A program made the translations under genes and the position numbers. The notes beneath the pieces were generated by a model. It saw only the letters and a list, made by a program, of their open reading frames with translations, searched no databases and had not been told where the DNA came from. A stretch of DNA of 64,000 nt, taken from a virus. The stretch lies in IMG/VR virus record IMGVR_UViG_3300021959_008125, positions 1-64,000 of that record, one strand, 5' to 3'. Positions 49,554 through 58,548 of this stretch are shown in pieces. Every line of letters starts with the position of its first letter. Positions within the stretch are counted from its first letter, which is position 1.

Positions 49554-50336
49554 ATGGATTTAAATGCGATTAAGGCTAAACTAGATGCCTTGAACAACAA
49601 CGGTCAGCAAAGAGAAAAGACTGACTATTCAACAATTTTTTGGAAACCTGAATTAGGTAAGCAAACGATTAGAATCGTTCCTTCTGCCTATGATCCTGCT
49701 TTCCCGTTTAAGGAATTAAAATTCCATTACGGAGTAGGAAAGTACCCGATGGTTGCTTTATCAAACTTTGGTAAGCAAGACCCAATCGAAGAGTTCGTAA
49801 AAGAACTAAGAAAAACTAACGATAAAGATAACTGGTCTTTATCAGGTAAACTCAACCCTAAAACTAGAATCTTTGCTCCTGTAGTAGTTAGAGGAGAAGA
49901 AGATAAAGGAGTTAGATTATGGGGATTCGGTATTACTATCTATAAAGCATTACTTGCTTTGGCAGAAGATGAGGATATCGGAGACTTTACAGACGTTATT
50001 AACGGATGGGATATGGTAGTAGAGCAGGTACAAGGTAACCCTTACCCTGAGACTACTGTTCGTATTAAACCTAAACAGACTCCATTATCAGATAATAATG
50101 ATTTAGTTGATAAATGGTTAAAGGAACAACCTAATCCGGTAGAAGTACATACTCAATATGATTATGACTTTATTAAAAAGCAATTACAGAACTATCTTAA
50201 CCCTGGATCAGGAGACGATTCATCAGATACTCCAGCAGCAGCACCTGCACCTAAGCAATCTGACTTTACGTTAGAAACTGCTACTGAAGGTAATAAAGAT
50301 ACTGTATCAAAATTTGACGATTTATTTAATGAGTAA
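49554..50336 (+). CDS. Single-stranded DNA-binding protein (T4 gp32-like)
   Basis: FWKP..G...IRIVP; DPI; VRLWGFG; G.D; acidic C-terminal FDDLF. Confidence 0.8.
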   Translation: MDLNAIKAKLDALNNNGQQREKTDYSTIFWKPELGKQTIRIVPSAYDPAFPFKELKFHYGVGKYPMVALSNFGKQDPIEEFVKELRKTNDKDNWSLSGKLNPKTRIFAPVVVRGEEDKGVRLWGFGITIYKALLALAEDEDIGDFTDVINGWDMVVEQVQGNPYPETTVRIKPKQTPLSDNNDLVDKWLKEQPNPVEVHTQYDYDFIKKQLQNYLNPGSGDDSSDTPAAAPAPKQSDFTLETATEGNKDTVSKFDDLFNE

Positions 50337-51406
50337 TGGCTAAGAAAAAAGAGACACAACAAAAAGCTGCAGCAGCAGTACAGAAGTCTTTTAATCTTAG
50401 CAACTTCAAAAAGAAGAAAGGTTATTCAAATGCATCTGTTAAGTTTAAAGAGCAAGGATGGATTCCCCTATCTAAAGCCTTTCAAGATATTACTTCCCTG
50501 CCTGGTATCCCAACCGGGCACATCACTCTGTTGAGAGGACATAGTGATACAGGCAAGACAACTGCCTTGTTAGAAGCTGCGGTGAATGCTCAAAAAATGG
50601 GCATTCTCCCTGTCTTCATTATAACTGAGATGAAGTGGTCTTGGGAACACGCTAAAGAGATGGGTCTTCAATTCGATGAAGTAAAAGATAAAGACGGTAA
50701 CGTATTAGATTACGAAGGCCATTTCCTTTATGCTGATAGAGGTCAACTGAATACTATTGAAGATGTAGCAGTTTATATTGCAGACCTTATGGATGAGCAA
50801 TCCAAAGGAAATTTACCTTTTGATATGTGTTTTTTCTGGGACAGTATTGGCTCAGTACCCTGTGATCTTTCGGTTAGATCAAATAAAAACAACAACGAAT
50901 GGAATGCTGGAGCAATGTCTACTCAGTTTGGTAATAACTTAAATCAAAAGATTCTTCTATCTAGAAAAGAAAACTCTCCTTATACCAATACTATGGTGGC
51001 TATCAATAAGGTTTGGACTATGAAACCTGAATCACCGATGGGTATGCCTAAGTTACAAAATAAAGGAGGTATGTCTATGTGGTATGATGCTACGTTAGTG
51101 ATTACTTTCGGTAATATTACTAACCCAGGTACATCAAAGATAAAAGCTATCAAGAACGGACTTCAGGTTGAATTTGCTAAACGTACAAACGTACAGATAG
51201 AGAAGAACCATATTGGTGGAGTTCAATCTAGAGGAAGAGTAGTTATGACCTCACATGGTTTTATACCTGATGATAAACGTGCAATCGATAAATATAAAGA
51301 CGAGCATAAAGATCACTGGTTGAAATTAGTCGGTAGTCTAGACTTTGACCTAATAGAAGAAGGAGATTTAGAAGAAGATAATATTACTCCTAATCTATTA
51401 GATTAA
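50336..51406 (+). CDS. recA: RecA/UvsX-like recombinase
   Basis: GIP.G; Walker A GHSDTGKT; FFWDSIGS; KGG; KNH. Confidence 0.85.
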   Translation: MAKKKETQQKAAAAVQKSFNLSNFKKKKGYSNASVKFKEQGWIPLSKAFQDITSLPGIPTGHITLLRGHSDTGKTTALLEAAVNAQKMGILPVFIITEMKWSWEHAKEMGLQFDEVKDKDGNVLDYEGHFLYADRGQLNTIEDVAVYIADLMDEQSKGNLPFDMCFFWDSIGSVPCDLSVRSNKNNNEWNAGAMSTQFGNNLNQKILLSRKENSPYTNTMVAINKVWTMKPESPMGMPKLQNKGGMSMWYDATLVITFGNITNPGTSKIKAIKNGLQVEFAKRTNVQIEKNHIGGVQSRGRVVMTSHGFIPDDKRAIDKYKDEHKDHWLKLVGSLDFDLIEEGDLEEDNITPNLLD

Positions 51407-52419
51407 TGGCATACGACGATATTCTAAAAAATCTTAAAGAAACCCCACCCCGAGCTCTTAATGATCATATCTTGATCATAGATGCGATGAATACCTTAAT
51501 CAGGTCATTCTCGCTGCTCAAGGCGATGAATCCATCAGGCACCCATGTTGGCGGTCTGGTGGGTTTCCTTCGCTCGCTAGGGTACGTAACCCGCATCTTT
51601 GACCCGACAAGGGTCATTGTTGTGTGGGACGGTAAAGGTGGTGCCGGAAATAGAAAGAATATCGATCCGAATTATAAAGCACAGAGAGCTACAGCTCGAA
51701 TAACTCACTGGGGTTTATACGATACCAGAGAAGAAGAACAAGAAGCTTTAATCGGACAATTATATAGAACCCAGGATTATCTTGAATGTCTACCTATACA
51801 TCAGATGGGGTTAGAAAAACTTGAAGCTGATGATATCATAGCATATCTAGCTAATAGAGCATCCAATGCCGGTAAAAAAGTAACTATAGTATCATCAGAT
51901 AAAGATTTTTTACAGCTAGTTAATGGTAATATCGAAGTATATGCTCCGGTTAAAAAGAAAACTTTTACAAAAGATAATATATTTGAAGAATTAAAAGTTC
52001 TTCCAGTAAATTATAATATAGTAAAAGCTCTACTTGGAGATAATTCTGATAACTTATTAGGAGTCAAGGGATTAGGGATAAAGACTATAGTATCTGAATT
52101 TCCTAAGCTACTTACCGAGGTATCTGATTTAGATTATGTTTTCAAAACTGCTGAAGAAAAACTTGAAGGCAAAAAAATCTTTGCTAAAATTATTCATAAC
52201 TGGGATAGAGTTGAGACTAATTTCAAGTTAATGGACTTACATGAAACTACTTTAGATGAGAAAGAGATAGAATATGTTGAGTCCATTATGAAAGAAAATA
52301 TACCTGGACTCCAAACAGGAGCATTCTTGCATCTTATGGACCAAGATAAGATAGAAGGTATTACTAAGAATACCGAAGGCTGGTTAGAAACATTCCGAGC
52401 TTTAACTACTGTAAAATGA
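51406..52419 (+). CDS. 5'-3' exonuclease / flap endonuclease (T4 RNase H-like)
   Basis: IIDAMN; VWDG; YKAQR; EADDII; SSDKDFLQL; LLGD.SDN..GVKG.G.KT. Confidence 0.92.
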   Translation: MAYDDILKNLKETPPRALNDHILIIDAMNTLIRSFSLLKAMNPSGTHVGGLVGFLRSLGYVTRIFDPTRVIVVWDGKGGAGNRKNIDPNYKAQRATARITHWGLYDTREEEQEALIGQLYRTQDYLECLPIHQMGLEKLEADDIIAYLANRASNAGKKVTIVSSDKDFLQLVNGNIEVYAPVKKKTFTKDNIFEELKVLPVNYNIVKALLGDNSDNLLGVKGLGIKTIVSEFPKLLTEVSDLDYVFKTAEEKLEGKKIFAKIIHNWDRVETNFKLMDLHETTLDEKEIEYVESIMKENIPGLQTGAFLHLMDQDKIEGITKNTEGWLETFRALTTVK

Positions 52420-52991
52420 ACACAGGTATACTAAAGTTAAGTTTTAACTTAGATTGGAAAAATATAAAACCTATAGCTGAAAAACTTATAGAAAGAAGTA
52501 GACGTGATAGTTTAGAGGTAAATACCGATAATACTATGTTTAACAGAGAACAACCAACACACCTACTTCCAGAACTAAGGTCTTTTTATACTTTTTTAAA
52601 ACCTCATTACTTAAATTTAGCTTATAATATTCTCAAATATCCAAAAGATCTTGAATTAGTAGTCTTACATTCTTGGTTTAACAGGTATAATGATAATGGC
52701 TACATTAAGACTCATGATCATGCAGGAGCAATTATTAGTAGTGCTCTATATTTAGAAGTACCTGAAAATAGTGGAGATCTTTTATTTAGAGATCCGTACT
52801 ACGACTTTAAGAAAAACTACAGTACAAGTTCATCTGAAGATTGGCTTTGGGAAAAAGCTAATGTAAAAGTAAACGACCTTTTTATTTTTGATGCAGCAAT
52901 TTCACATAGAAGTGAACCAAATAAAAGTGGAAAAGAAAGGTGGGTATTAGGTACTAATATTGGAATAAAACCTAAAAAAACATTATTATGA
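52416..52991 (+). CDS. 2OG-Fe(II) oxygenase
   Basis: SWFN; HDH; S.ALYL; F.DP; H...N...R. Confidence 0.8.
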   Translation: MNTGILKLSFNLDWKNIKPIAEKLIERSRRDSLEVNTDNTMFNREQPTHLLPELRSFYTFLKPHYLNLAYNILKYPKDLELVVLHSWFNRYNDNGYIKTHDHAGAIISSALYLEVPENSGDLLFRDPYYDFKKNYSTSSSEDWLWEKANVKVNDLFIFDAAISHRSEPNKSGKERWVLGTNIGIKPKKTLL

Positions 52992-53386
52992 GAAAAGGAG
53001 TTATAGCAGGAAATTTTGATGTAATTCACCCAGGATATATAAAGATGTTTAAGGAATGTAAAGATAATTGTGATGAATTTATTATCCTTTTACACTCTGA
53101 TCCTTCTATAGAACGCCCTCATAAACTTAAACCTATCCTGTCAGTAGAAGAAAGAGACGAAATGCTTATGTCAATAAAGTATATTGATAATGTATTTACT
53201 TATACTTATGAAAGAGAGCTTTTAGAGCTTTTAAAAATAGTAAATCCTCAAGTTAGGTTTTTAGGTGATGATTATAAAGATAAACCATTTACTGGTTATG
53301 ATTTAAAAATACCTATTCATTATTTGAATAGAGACCACGGGTGGTCAACTACAAAATTTAAAAAATTAATTGCTCAATCGATTTAA
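52988..53386 (+). CDS. Cytidylyltransferase (TagD/glycerol-3-phosphate CT-like)
   Basis: GNFDVIHPGY; KP; ER; G.DY; R..GWSTT. Confidence 0.82.
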   Translation: MRKGVIAGNFDVIHPGYIKMFKECKDNCDEFIILLHSDPSIERPHKLKPILSVEERDEMLMSIKYIDNVFTYTYERELLELLKIVNPQVRFLGDDYKDKPFTGYDLKIPIHYLNRDHGWSTTKFKKLIAQSI

Positions 53387-53398
53387 TTTTCTTATATT
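53370..53398 (+). promoter_or_regulatory. Bacteroidota-type promoter (TTG-N20-TATATTTA)
   Basis: TTG 53370-53372, TATATT 53393-53398, before helicase. Confidence 0.6.
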
Positions 53399-53415
53399 TA
53401 AACAAAGGTTACTGA

Positions 53416-54756
53416 ATGACATTAAAGAGTTTACAACAATACGGGAAGGGGTTCCAACTAAAAGTTTTAGGATCATTACTCACAGATAAAAAGTTCTTAC
53501 TTAACGTAAGAGACGTTTTACACGATAATTATTTTGATGCTGATTCACATAAGTGGATCATAGGTCAGATATGTTCTTATTTTGATAAGTACCATACTAA
53601 TGTTACTATGGACGTTCTTAAAGTAGAGCTTCAAAAACTCGAAAACGAAGTCCTTCAAGTAGCATTAAAAGAAGAGTTAAGAAACTCTTATCAAGCCTCT
53701 CAAGACGATTTAGAATACGTTCAAGAAGAGTTTACTACTTTCTGTAAGAATCAAGAAATGAAAAACGCCATACTTAACTCAGCCGATCTTCTTAAAGAAG
53801 GAGATTTCGATGGTATTAGAAACCAGGTCGAAAAAGCAATGAAAGCGGGTATGGATAAAAATATCGGACATGAATATAATAAAGACGTTGAAACGAGATA
53901 TCGTACGGATTACCGTCCTACTATTCCTAGTCCTTGGAGCATACTTAATGACGGTATCCAAGGCGGGTTTGGTCCCGGAGATCTTGCAATTGTGTTTGGT
54001 AATCCTGGTGGCGGTAAAAGCTGGACTATGGTTGCTATTGCTGCTCATGCAGTTAAACTTGGATACAAAGTCAACTACTATACACTCGAATTGGGAGAGG
54101 ATTATGTTGGTAAGCGTTTTGATTGCTACTTTACTGGCTATTCTATAGATGAAGTAAATAAACATAGAAAAGAAGTACAGACGTACGTCGACAATCTAAA
54201 AGGTAAGCTTATAGTAAAAGAATATGCTCCTAAGTCAGCGACGGTAAATACCATAAAGTCACACGTACAAAAGTGTGTTGACATGGAACATAAACCAGAC
54301 CTTATTATTATTGACTACGTTGATTATTTAAGAGCACCTTCTAGAGGTAAATCGTTTGAAAGGAAAGATGAGATTGATGATGTATTTATCGCAACCAAAG
54401 GATTAGCTAAAGAATTAAAAATACCTATTTTGACACCATCACAGGTTAATAGAATGGGAGCTAAAGATTCTGTAATTGAAGGAGATAAGGCAGCCGGATC
54501 TTATGATAAGATGATGGTGGCTGATATCTGTCTATCTCTTTCAAGACAGAAAGAAGATAAAGTTTTAGGTACCGGTAGAGTTCACGTGATGAAAAATCGA
54601 TATGGTCAAGATGGTATGACTTATAATGTAAAAATGGATACTAATAACGGACATATAGAGTTTTTAGAAAAAGCAGATGCTAGAGATTTGATACCAGAAG
54701 AAGATTCTAAACCTAAATTTAATTTATCTCGCGAACAAATGGAAAAATTATTATAA
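53416..54756 (+). CDS. dnaB: Replicative DNA helicase (DnaB/gp41-like)
   Basis: Walker A GNPGGGKS; TLEL; IIIDYVD; SQVNR; KNRYG. Confidence 0.92.
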   Translation: MTLKSLQQYGKGFQLKVLGSLLTDKKFLLNVRDVLHDNYFDADSHKWIIGQICSYFDKYHTNVTMDVLKVELQKLENEVLQVALKEELRNSYQASQDDLEYVQEEFTTFCKNQEMKNAILNSADLLKEGDFDGIRNQVEKAMKAGMDKNIGHEYNKDVETRYRTDYRPTIPSPWSILNDGIQGGFGPGDLAIVFGNPGGGKSWTMVAIAAHAVKLGYKVNYYTLELGEDYVGKRFDCYFTGYSIDEVNKHRKEVQTYVDNLKGKLIVKEYAPKSATVNTIKSHVQKCVDMEHKPDLIIIDYVDYLRAPSRGKSFERKDEIDDVFIATKGLAKELKIPILTPSQVNRMGAKDSVIEGDKAAGSYDKMMVADICLSLSRQKEDKVLGTGRVHVMKNRYGQDGMTYNVKMDTNNGHIEFLEKADARDLIPEEDSKPKFNLSREQMEKLL

Positions 54757-54761
54757 AAATA

Positions 54762-54794
54762 TTGCATGAAAGTGGAATATATATTATATTTATT
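54762..54794 (+). promoter_or_regulatory. Bacteroidota-type promoter overlapping TATTTATT
   Basis: TTG 54762-54764, TATATTTA from 54785. Confidence 0.55.
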
Positions 54795-54797
54795 AAC

Positions 54798-54830
54798 ACG
54801 TCCCCAAGAAAACCTCAAGGGGATGTTTTT
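54798..54830 (+). terminator. GC-rich hairpin + T run in nrdB leader (terminator or 5' stabiliser)
   Basis: ACGTCCCC (54798-54805) / GGGGATGT (54819-54826), then TTTT. Confidence 0.5.
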
Positions 54831-54861
54831 GTCTAATCACCTTACAAATATATAAAGATAT

Positions 54862-55839
54862 ATGAGTTTACTAGAAGAAAGAGTAGTGTACAAACCTTTT
54901 GAATACCCACAAGCATTTGATTACTGGTTAAAACAACAACAAGCTCACTGGTTACATACAGAAGTACCGATGGCACAAGATGTTACTGATTGGAAATCTA
55001 ATATGAAAGATCATGAAAAGAACGTTGTCGGTCAAATTTTAAAAGGGTTTGCACAAACAGAAACTATAGTAAACGACTATTGGTCTACACTCGTAACTAA
55101 ATGGTTCAGAAAACCAGAAGTTATTATGATGGGTACGACTTTAGGGTCTTCAGAAACTATTCATGCTGAAGCTTATTCATTATTAAACGAGCAATTAGGA
55201 TTAGACAATTTTGCTGAATTTTTAGAAGATGAAACTACAGCAGCTAAGATAGAGTCATTGATGGCTGTTAGAGATAATCACGATGGTACACCTAACTGGC
55301 ATGAAAGAGCTAAGTCACTAGCGATTTTTTCCGCGTTTACAGAAGGTGTGAACCTATTCTCTTCTTTTGCTGTTTTACTATCTTATAAAATGAGAAACCT
55401 ACTTAAAGGTGTAGGTCAAATTGTAGAATGGTCTGTAAGAGATGAATCTTTACACTCTGAAGCAGGCTGTTGGTTATTTAGAACTCTTATGAAAGAGCAT
55501 CCTGAATTTAAAACTCCAGAACTTATTCAAGAAATTGAAGAAGCAGCTAAGTTAGCTCTTCAATTAGAATTCGATTTTATCGATAAAGTATTCGAAATGG
55601 GAGATTTAGAAAATTTAGGTAAAGAAGAACTTAAAAATTTCATCAGACATAGAGTTAATACTAAAATGGCTGACCTTGGGTTAGAACCTATCATCCCAGC
55701 TTCTGATATCGATAAAGGTGCATTAAAAACTATGAAATGGTTTGATGCAGTTATCGCAGGTAAACAACAAACAGATTTCTTTGCCAATAGAGTGACCAAC
55801 TATAGCAAAGGACATATGGACTGGTCATCAGCATTTTAA
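54862..55839 (+). CDS. nrdB: Ribonucleotide reductase class I beta subunit
   Basis: ETIHAEAY; TEGV.LFSSF; RDESLH; DFF..RV..Y. Confidence 0.95.
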   Translation: MSLLEERVVYKPFEYPQAFDYWLKQQQAHWLHTEVPMAQDVTDWKSNMKDHEKNVVGQILKGFAQTETIVNDYWSTLVTKWFRKPEVIMMGTTLGSSETIHAEAYSLLNEQLGLDNFAEFLEDETTAAKIESLMAVRDNHDGTPNWHERAKSLAIFSAFTEGVNLFSSFAVLLSYKMRNLLKGVGQIVEWSVRDESLHSEAGCWLFRTLMKEHPEFKTPELIQEIEEAAKLALQLEFDFIDKVFEMGDLENLGKEELKNFIRHRVNTKMADLGLEPIIPASDIDKGALKTMKWFDAVIAGKQQTDFFANRVTNYSKGHMDWSSAF

Positions 55840-55846
55840 TTATTTT

Positions 55847-57562
55847 ATGAGTATAGTAGTAGATACTTCCAACTGGGAGGCCGGTAAGGATTATCCTGAA
55901 TGGATGAATGAGGTTTCTCTTGCAACAATATCAAAAGGGTATTTAATGCCCGATGAAACACCTAAAAAAGCATACCGTAGAGTAGCAGATACTATAGCAA
56001 ATAGATTAGACCGTCCAGATCTAGCTAATAAATTCTTTCGGTATATGTGGAAAGGTTGGCTAAATCTAGCTTCACCAGTTCTATCTAATACAGGAACAGA
56101 TCGTGGCTTACCTATTTCTTGTTTTGGTATAGATACTCCTGACTCTATTAGAGGAATTGGTCTTACAAACGCTGAGTTAATGAGATTAACATCATTAGGA
56201 GGTGGTGTAGGCATCGGATTATCTAAAGTCAGAGGTAGAGGTCAAAAAATCGGTAAAGATGACATGGGACAATCAGAAGGCATCGTTCCATGGGCTAAAA
56301 TCTACGATTCAACAATCATAGCAACTAATCAAGGGGCAGTAAGAAGAGGAGCAGCTTCTGTCAACTTAGATATAAACCACCCAGACATAGAAGAATTTCT
56401 ACAGATTAGAAGACCAAAGGGAGATCCTAACAGACAATGTCTAAATCTACACCAGTGTGTTGTAGTAGACGATGCATTCATGCAAAAGTTAGAGCATAGA
56501 GACCCTGAAGCAATGAAATTATGGGTAGAAATATTAAAATCAAGGGTAGAAACAGGTGAACCTTACATTATGTTTAAGGATAACGTAAATAACGCTAATC
56601 CTCCAGCATACAAAAAGAATAACCTAGATGTTTCAATGACAAATATTTGCTCAGAGATCACTTTACACACAGATGAAGAGCATAGCTTTATTTGCTGTCT
56701 GTCATCTGTTAACCTTACTAAATGGCATGAATGGCGCAACACAGATCTTATAGAAACCGCAATATATTTTTTAGATGGAGTGTTAGAAGAGTTCTTAGCA
56801 AAAACTTCTGGAAGGGAGTCACTGGTAAGAGCCCACAGATCCGCTAAAAAAGGTAGAGCAATCGGTCTAGGTGTGTTAGGATGGCATACTCTACTGCAGA
56901 ACGAAAGAATCCCTTTCGCTTCTATTGCAGCTACATCTTTAACACACCAGATCTTCTCTGATATTAGAAATAAGGCGGAAGCTGCTTCAAGAAAGCTAGC
57001 AGATGAATATGGAGAACCTGTATGGTGTAGAGGAACCGGTATGAGAAACAGCCACTTACTTGCTATTGCACCAACTGTATCTAACAGTACTATATCAGGA
57101 GGAGTATCAGCAGGTATTGAACCTGTTCCTGCTAACGTCTACACGTTTAATTCCGCTAAAGGAACGTTTATTAGAAAGAATCAAGCACTTGTAGATTATT
57201 TAGAAGAAAGAGGAGCAAATACTGAAGAAGTTTGGGATCAAATTATGAAAGATAGAGGTTCAATTGCAAATCTACCTGAAGATGTAATGCCGGCAGAAGA
57301 TAAACCTATCTTTTTAACATTTGCAGAAATAAATCAGCTACAACTTGTAGAACAAGCTGCAGCAAGACAAAAGTATATAGACCAGACTCAATCACTTAAT
57401 TTAGCCTTCGATCCAACTGATAGTCCTAAGTTTATTAATGAAGTTCATCAAACAGCTTGGAGATTAGGAGTTAAAACCTTATATTATTTAAGAACAGATT
57501 CAGTAATTAATGGAGATATAGGAAGTAGAACGTCTACTGATTGTTTATCTTGTGATGGGTAA
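55847..57562 (+). CDS. nrdA: Ribonucleotide reductase class I alpha subunit (no ATP cone)
   Basis: SPVLSN; ISCF; GGVG; TNICSEI; CCLSS; IAPT; KTLYY; C-terminal CLSC. Confidence 0.95.
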   Translation: MSIVVDTSNWEAGKDYPEWMNEVSLATISKGYLMPDETPKKAYRRVADTIANRLDRPDLANKFFRYMWKGWLNLASPVLSNTGTDRGLPISCFGIDTPDSIRGIGLTNAELMRLTSLGGGVGIGLSKVRGRGQKIGKDDMGQSEGIVPWAKIYDSTIIATNQGAVRRGAASVNLDINHPDIEEFLQIRRPKGDPNRQCLNLHQCVVVDDAFMQKLEHRDPEAMKLWVEILKSRVETGEPYIMFKDNVNNANPPAYKKNNLDVSMTNICSEITLHTDEEHSFICCLSSVNLTKWHEWRNTDLIETAIYFLDGVLEEFLAKTSGRESLVRAHRSAKKGRAIGLGVLGWHTLLQNERIPFASIAATSLTHQIFSDIRNKAEAASRKLADEYGEPVWCRGTGMRNSHLLAIAPTVSNSTISGGVSAGIEPVPANVYTFNSAKGTFIRKNQALVDYLEERGANTEEVWDQIMKDRGSIANLPEDVMPAEDKPIFLTFAEINQLQLVEQAAARQKYIDQTQSLNLAFDPTDSPKFINEVHQTAWRLGVKTLYYLRTDSVINGDIGSRTSTDCLSCDG

Positions 57563-57563
57563 C

Positions 57564-57571
57564 TATTTATA
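57564..57571 (+). promoter_or_regulatory. TATTTATA putative late promoter
   Basis: Fills the 12-nt gap before the Ser/Thr-rich gene. Confidence 0.55.
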
Positions 57572-57574
57572 TAT

Positions 57575-58501
57575 ATGCCAAGAAAGTATACATTAACAGC
57601 AACATCTTTAGGAGTAGATACAGATATAGTTGATATTTACCATACCTCTGTAACTGCAGGGAATTTATTAACATCTAGCATCTCAGCTTCAAGTCTGTTG
57701 ACCGGTGTAGAGTTAATAGTTAATGACAATACTTCATCATTTATTGTAGTTAATTCTAGTACTGCTTGTTCTGGTTCTTCCGGCAGCGTGGATGAAGGTG
57801 TGTATGAACCTAATACAAGATTTTTTGAATTAATTGTTGCCGATACTAACGCAGTGGCAGCCGGGTCCGGTACAGGTTCTATTTCTATTAGTTCTCCGAC
57901 ATCGGCAGGCCCTTCATCAACTTCCCTTACCCAAACAGTCGATTTTGATGCAGCTTCAACTTTTACTACCACTGCAACAGGTAATTCTAATTATGATTTT
58001 ACTGGGTGGTATACTTCTAGTTTAACATCATCTGGTGCATTAATATCTACTAATGCTACTTTAAACATTACTGAAAACGCTTATACTCATAGTTTAAGAG
58101 AAGACAGATTTTATGCTGTATTTTCTTACAATCCACCAGCAACTAACTGGAGTGTGACTGGTTCACTTACTTCGGGTTTTGTTACTTCTTGGAAAGTTAT
58201 ATACGACTATGGAGGAGTATTTAATGTAGTACATGATTTAGATAGCGGGGGTAATAATTTAGAAGATGACAGGATTTCTGGTAATGCTTCAACTGTAGAT
58301 ATTACTGTTTATAAGGTAACTAATGCAGGTGTGGCCCAAGATGCAGGTAATGTAAGCGCTAGAGTTATTGGAGGTTCAGTACAACAGGATATATTCAACA
58401 CAAATGATAATATAGGTTCTGGTAATCCCTTTACGTATACTCTTAACATTTCTCCATTCCAACCTGGTGCACAAGTTGAAGTAATAATAGAAGAAGGATA
58501 G
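57575..58501 (+). CDS. Ser/Thr-rich putative virion decoration protein (InlB B-repeat-like)
   Basis: TATGNSNYDFTGWY; many S/T-x-S motifs; late-type motif upstream. Confidence 0.55.
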   Translation: MPRKYTLTATSLGVDTDIVDIYHTSVTAGNLLTSSISASSLLTGVELIVNDNTSSFIVVNSSTACSGSSGSVDEGVYEPNTRFFELIVADTNAVAAGSGTGSISISSPTSAGPSSTSLTQTVDFDAASTFTTTATGNSNYDFTGWYTSSLTSSGALISTNATLNITENAYTHSLREDRFYAVFSYNPPATNWSVTGSLTSGFVTSWKVIYDYGGVFNVVHDLDSGGNNLEDDRISGNASTVDITVYKVTNAGVAQDAGNVSARVIGGSVQQDIFNTNDNIGSGNPFTYTLNISPFQPGAQVEVIIEEG

Positions 58502-58530
58502 TTGTTTTTTACGTATAATTTTCTTATATT
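58502..58530 (+). promoter_or_regulatory. Bacteroidota-type promoter (TTG-N20-TATATT)
   Basis: TTG 58502-58504, TATATT 58525-58530. Confidence 0.6.
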
Positions 58531-58548
58531 ATATATAAAATAAGTTAT

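Noticed and set aside
53779-54165. Overlapping 128-aa (-) and 92-aa (+) ORFs in the helicase
   Set aside because: No protein-like features; better explained by local GC elevation or RNA structure reducing stop codons
47704-57562. Inteins or self-splicing introns in polA, recA, dnaB or nrdAB
   Set aside because: Proteins are of normal or short length with continuous motifs; the structured islands keep the reading frame and conserved residues
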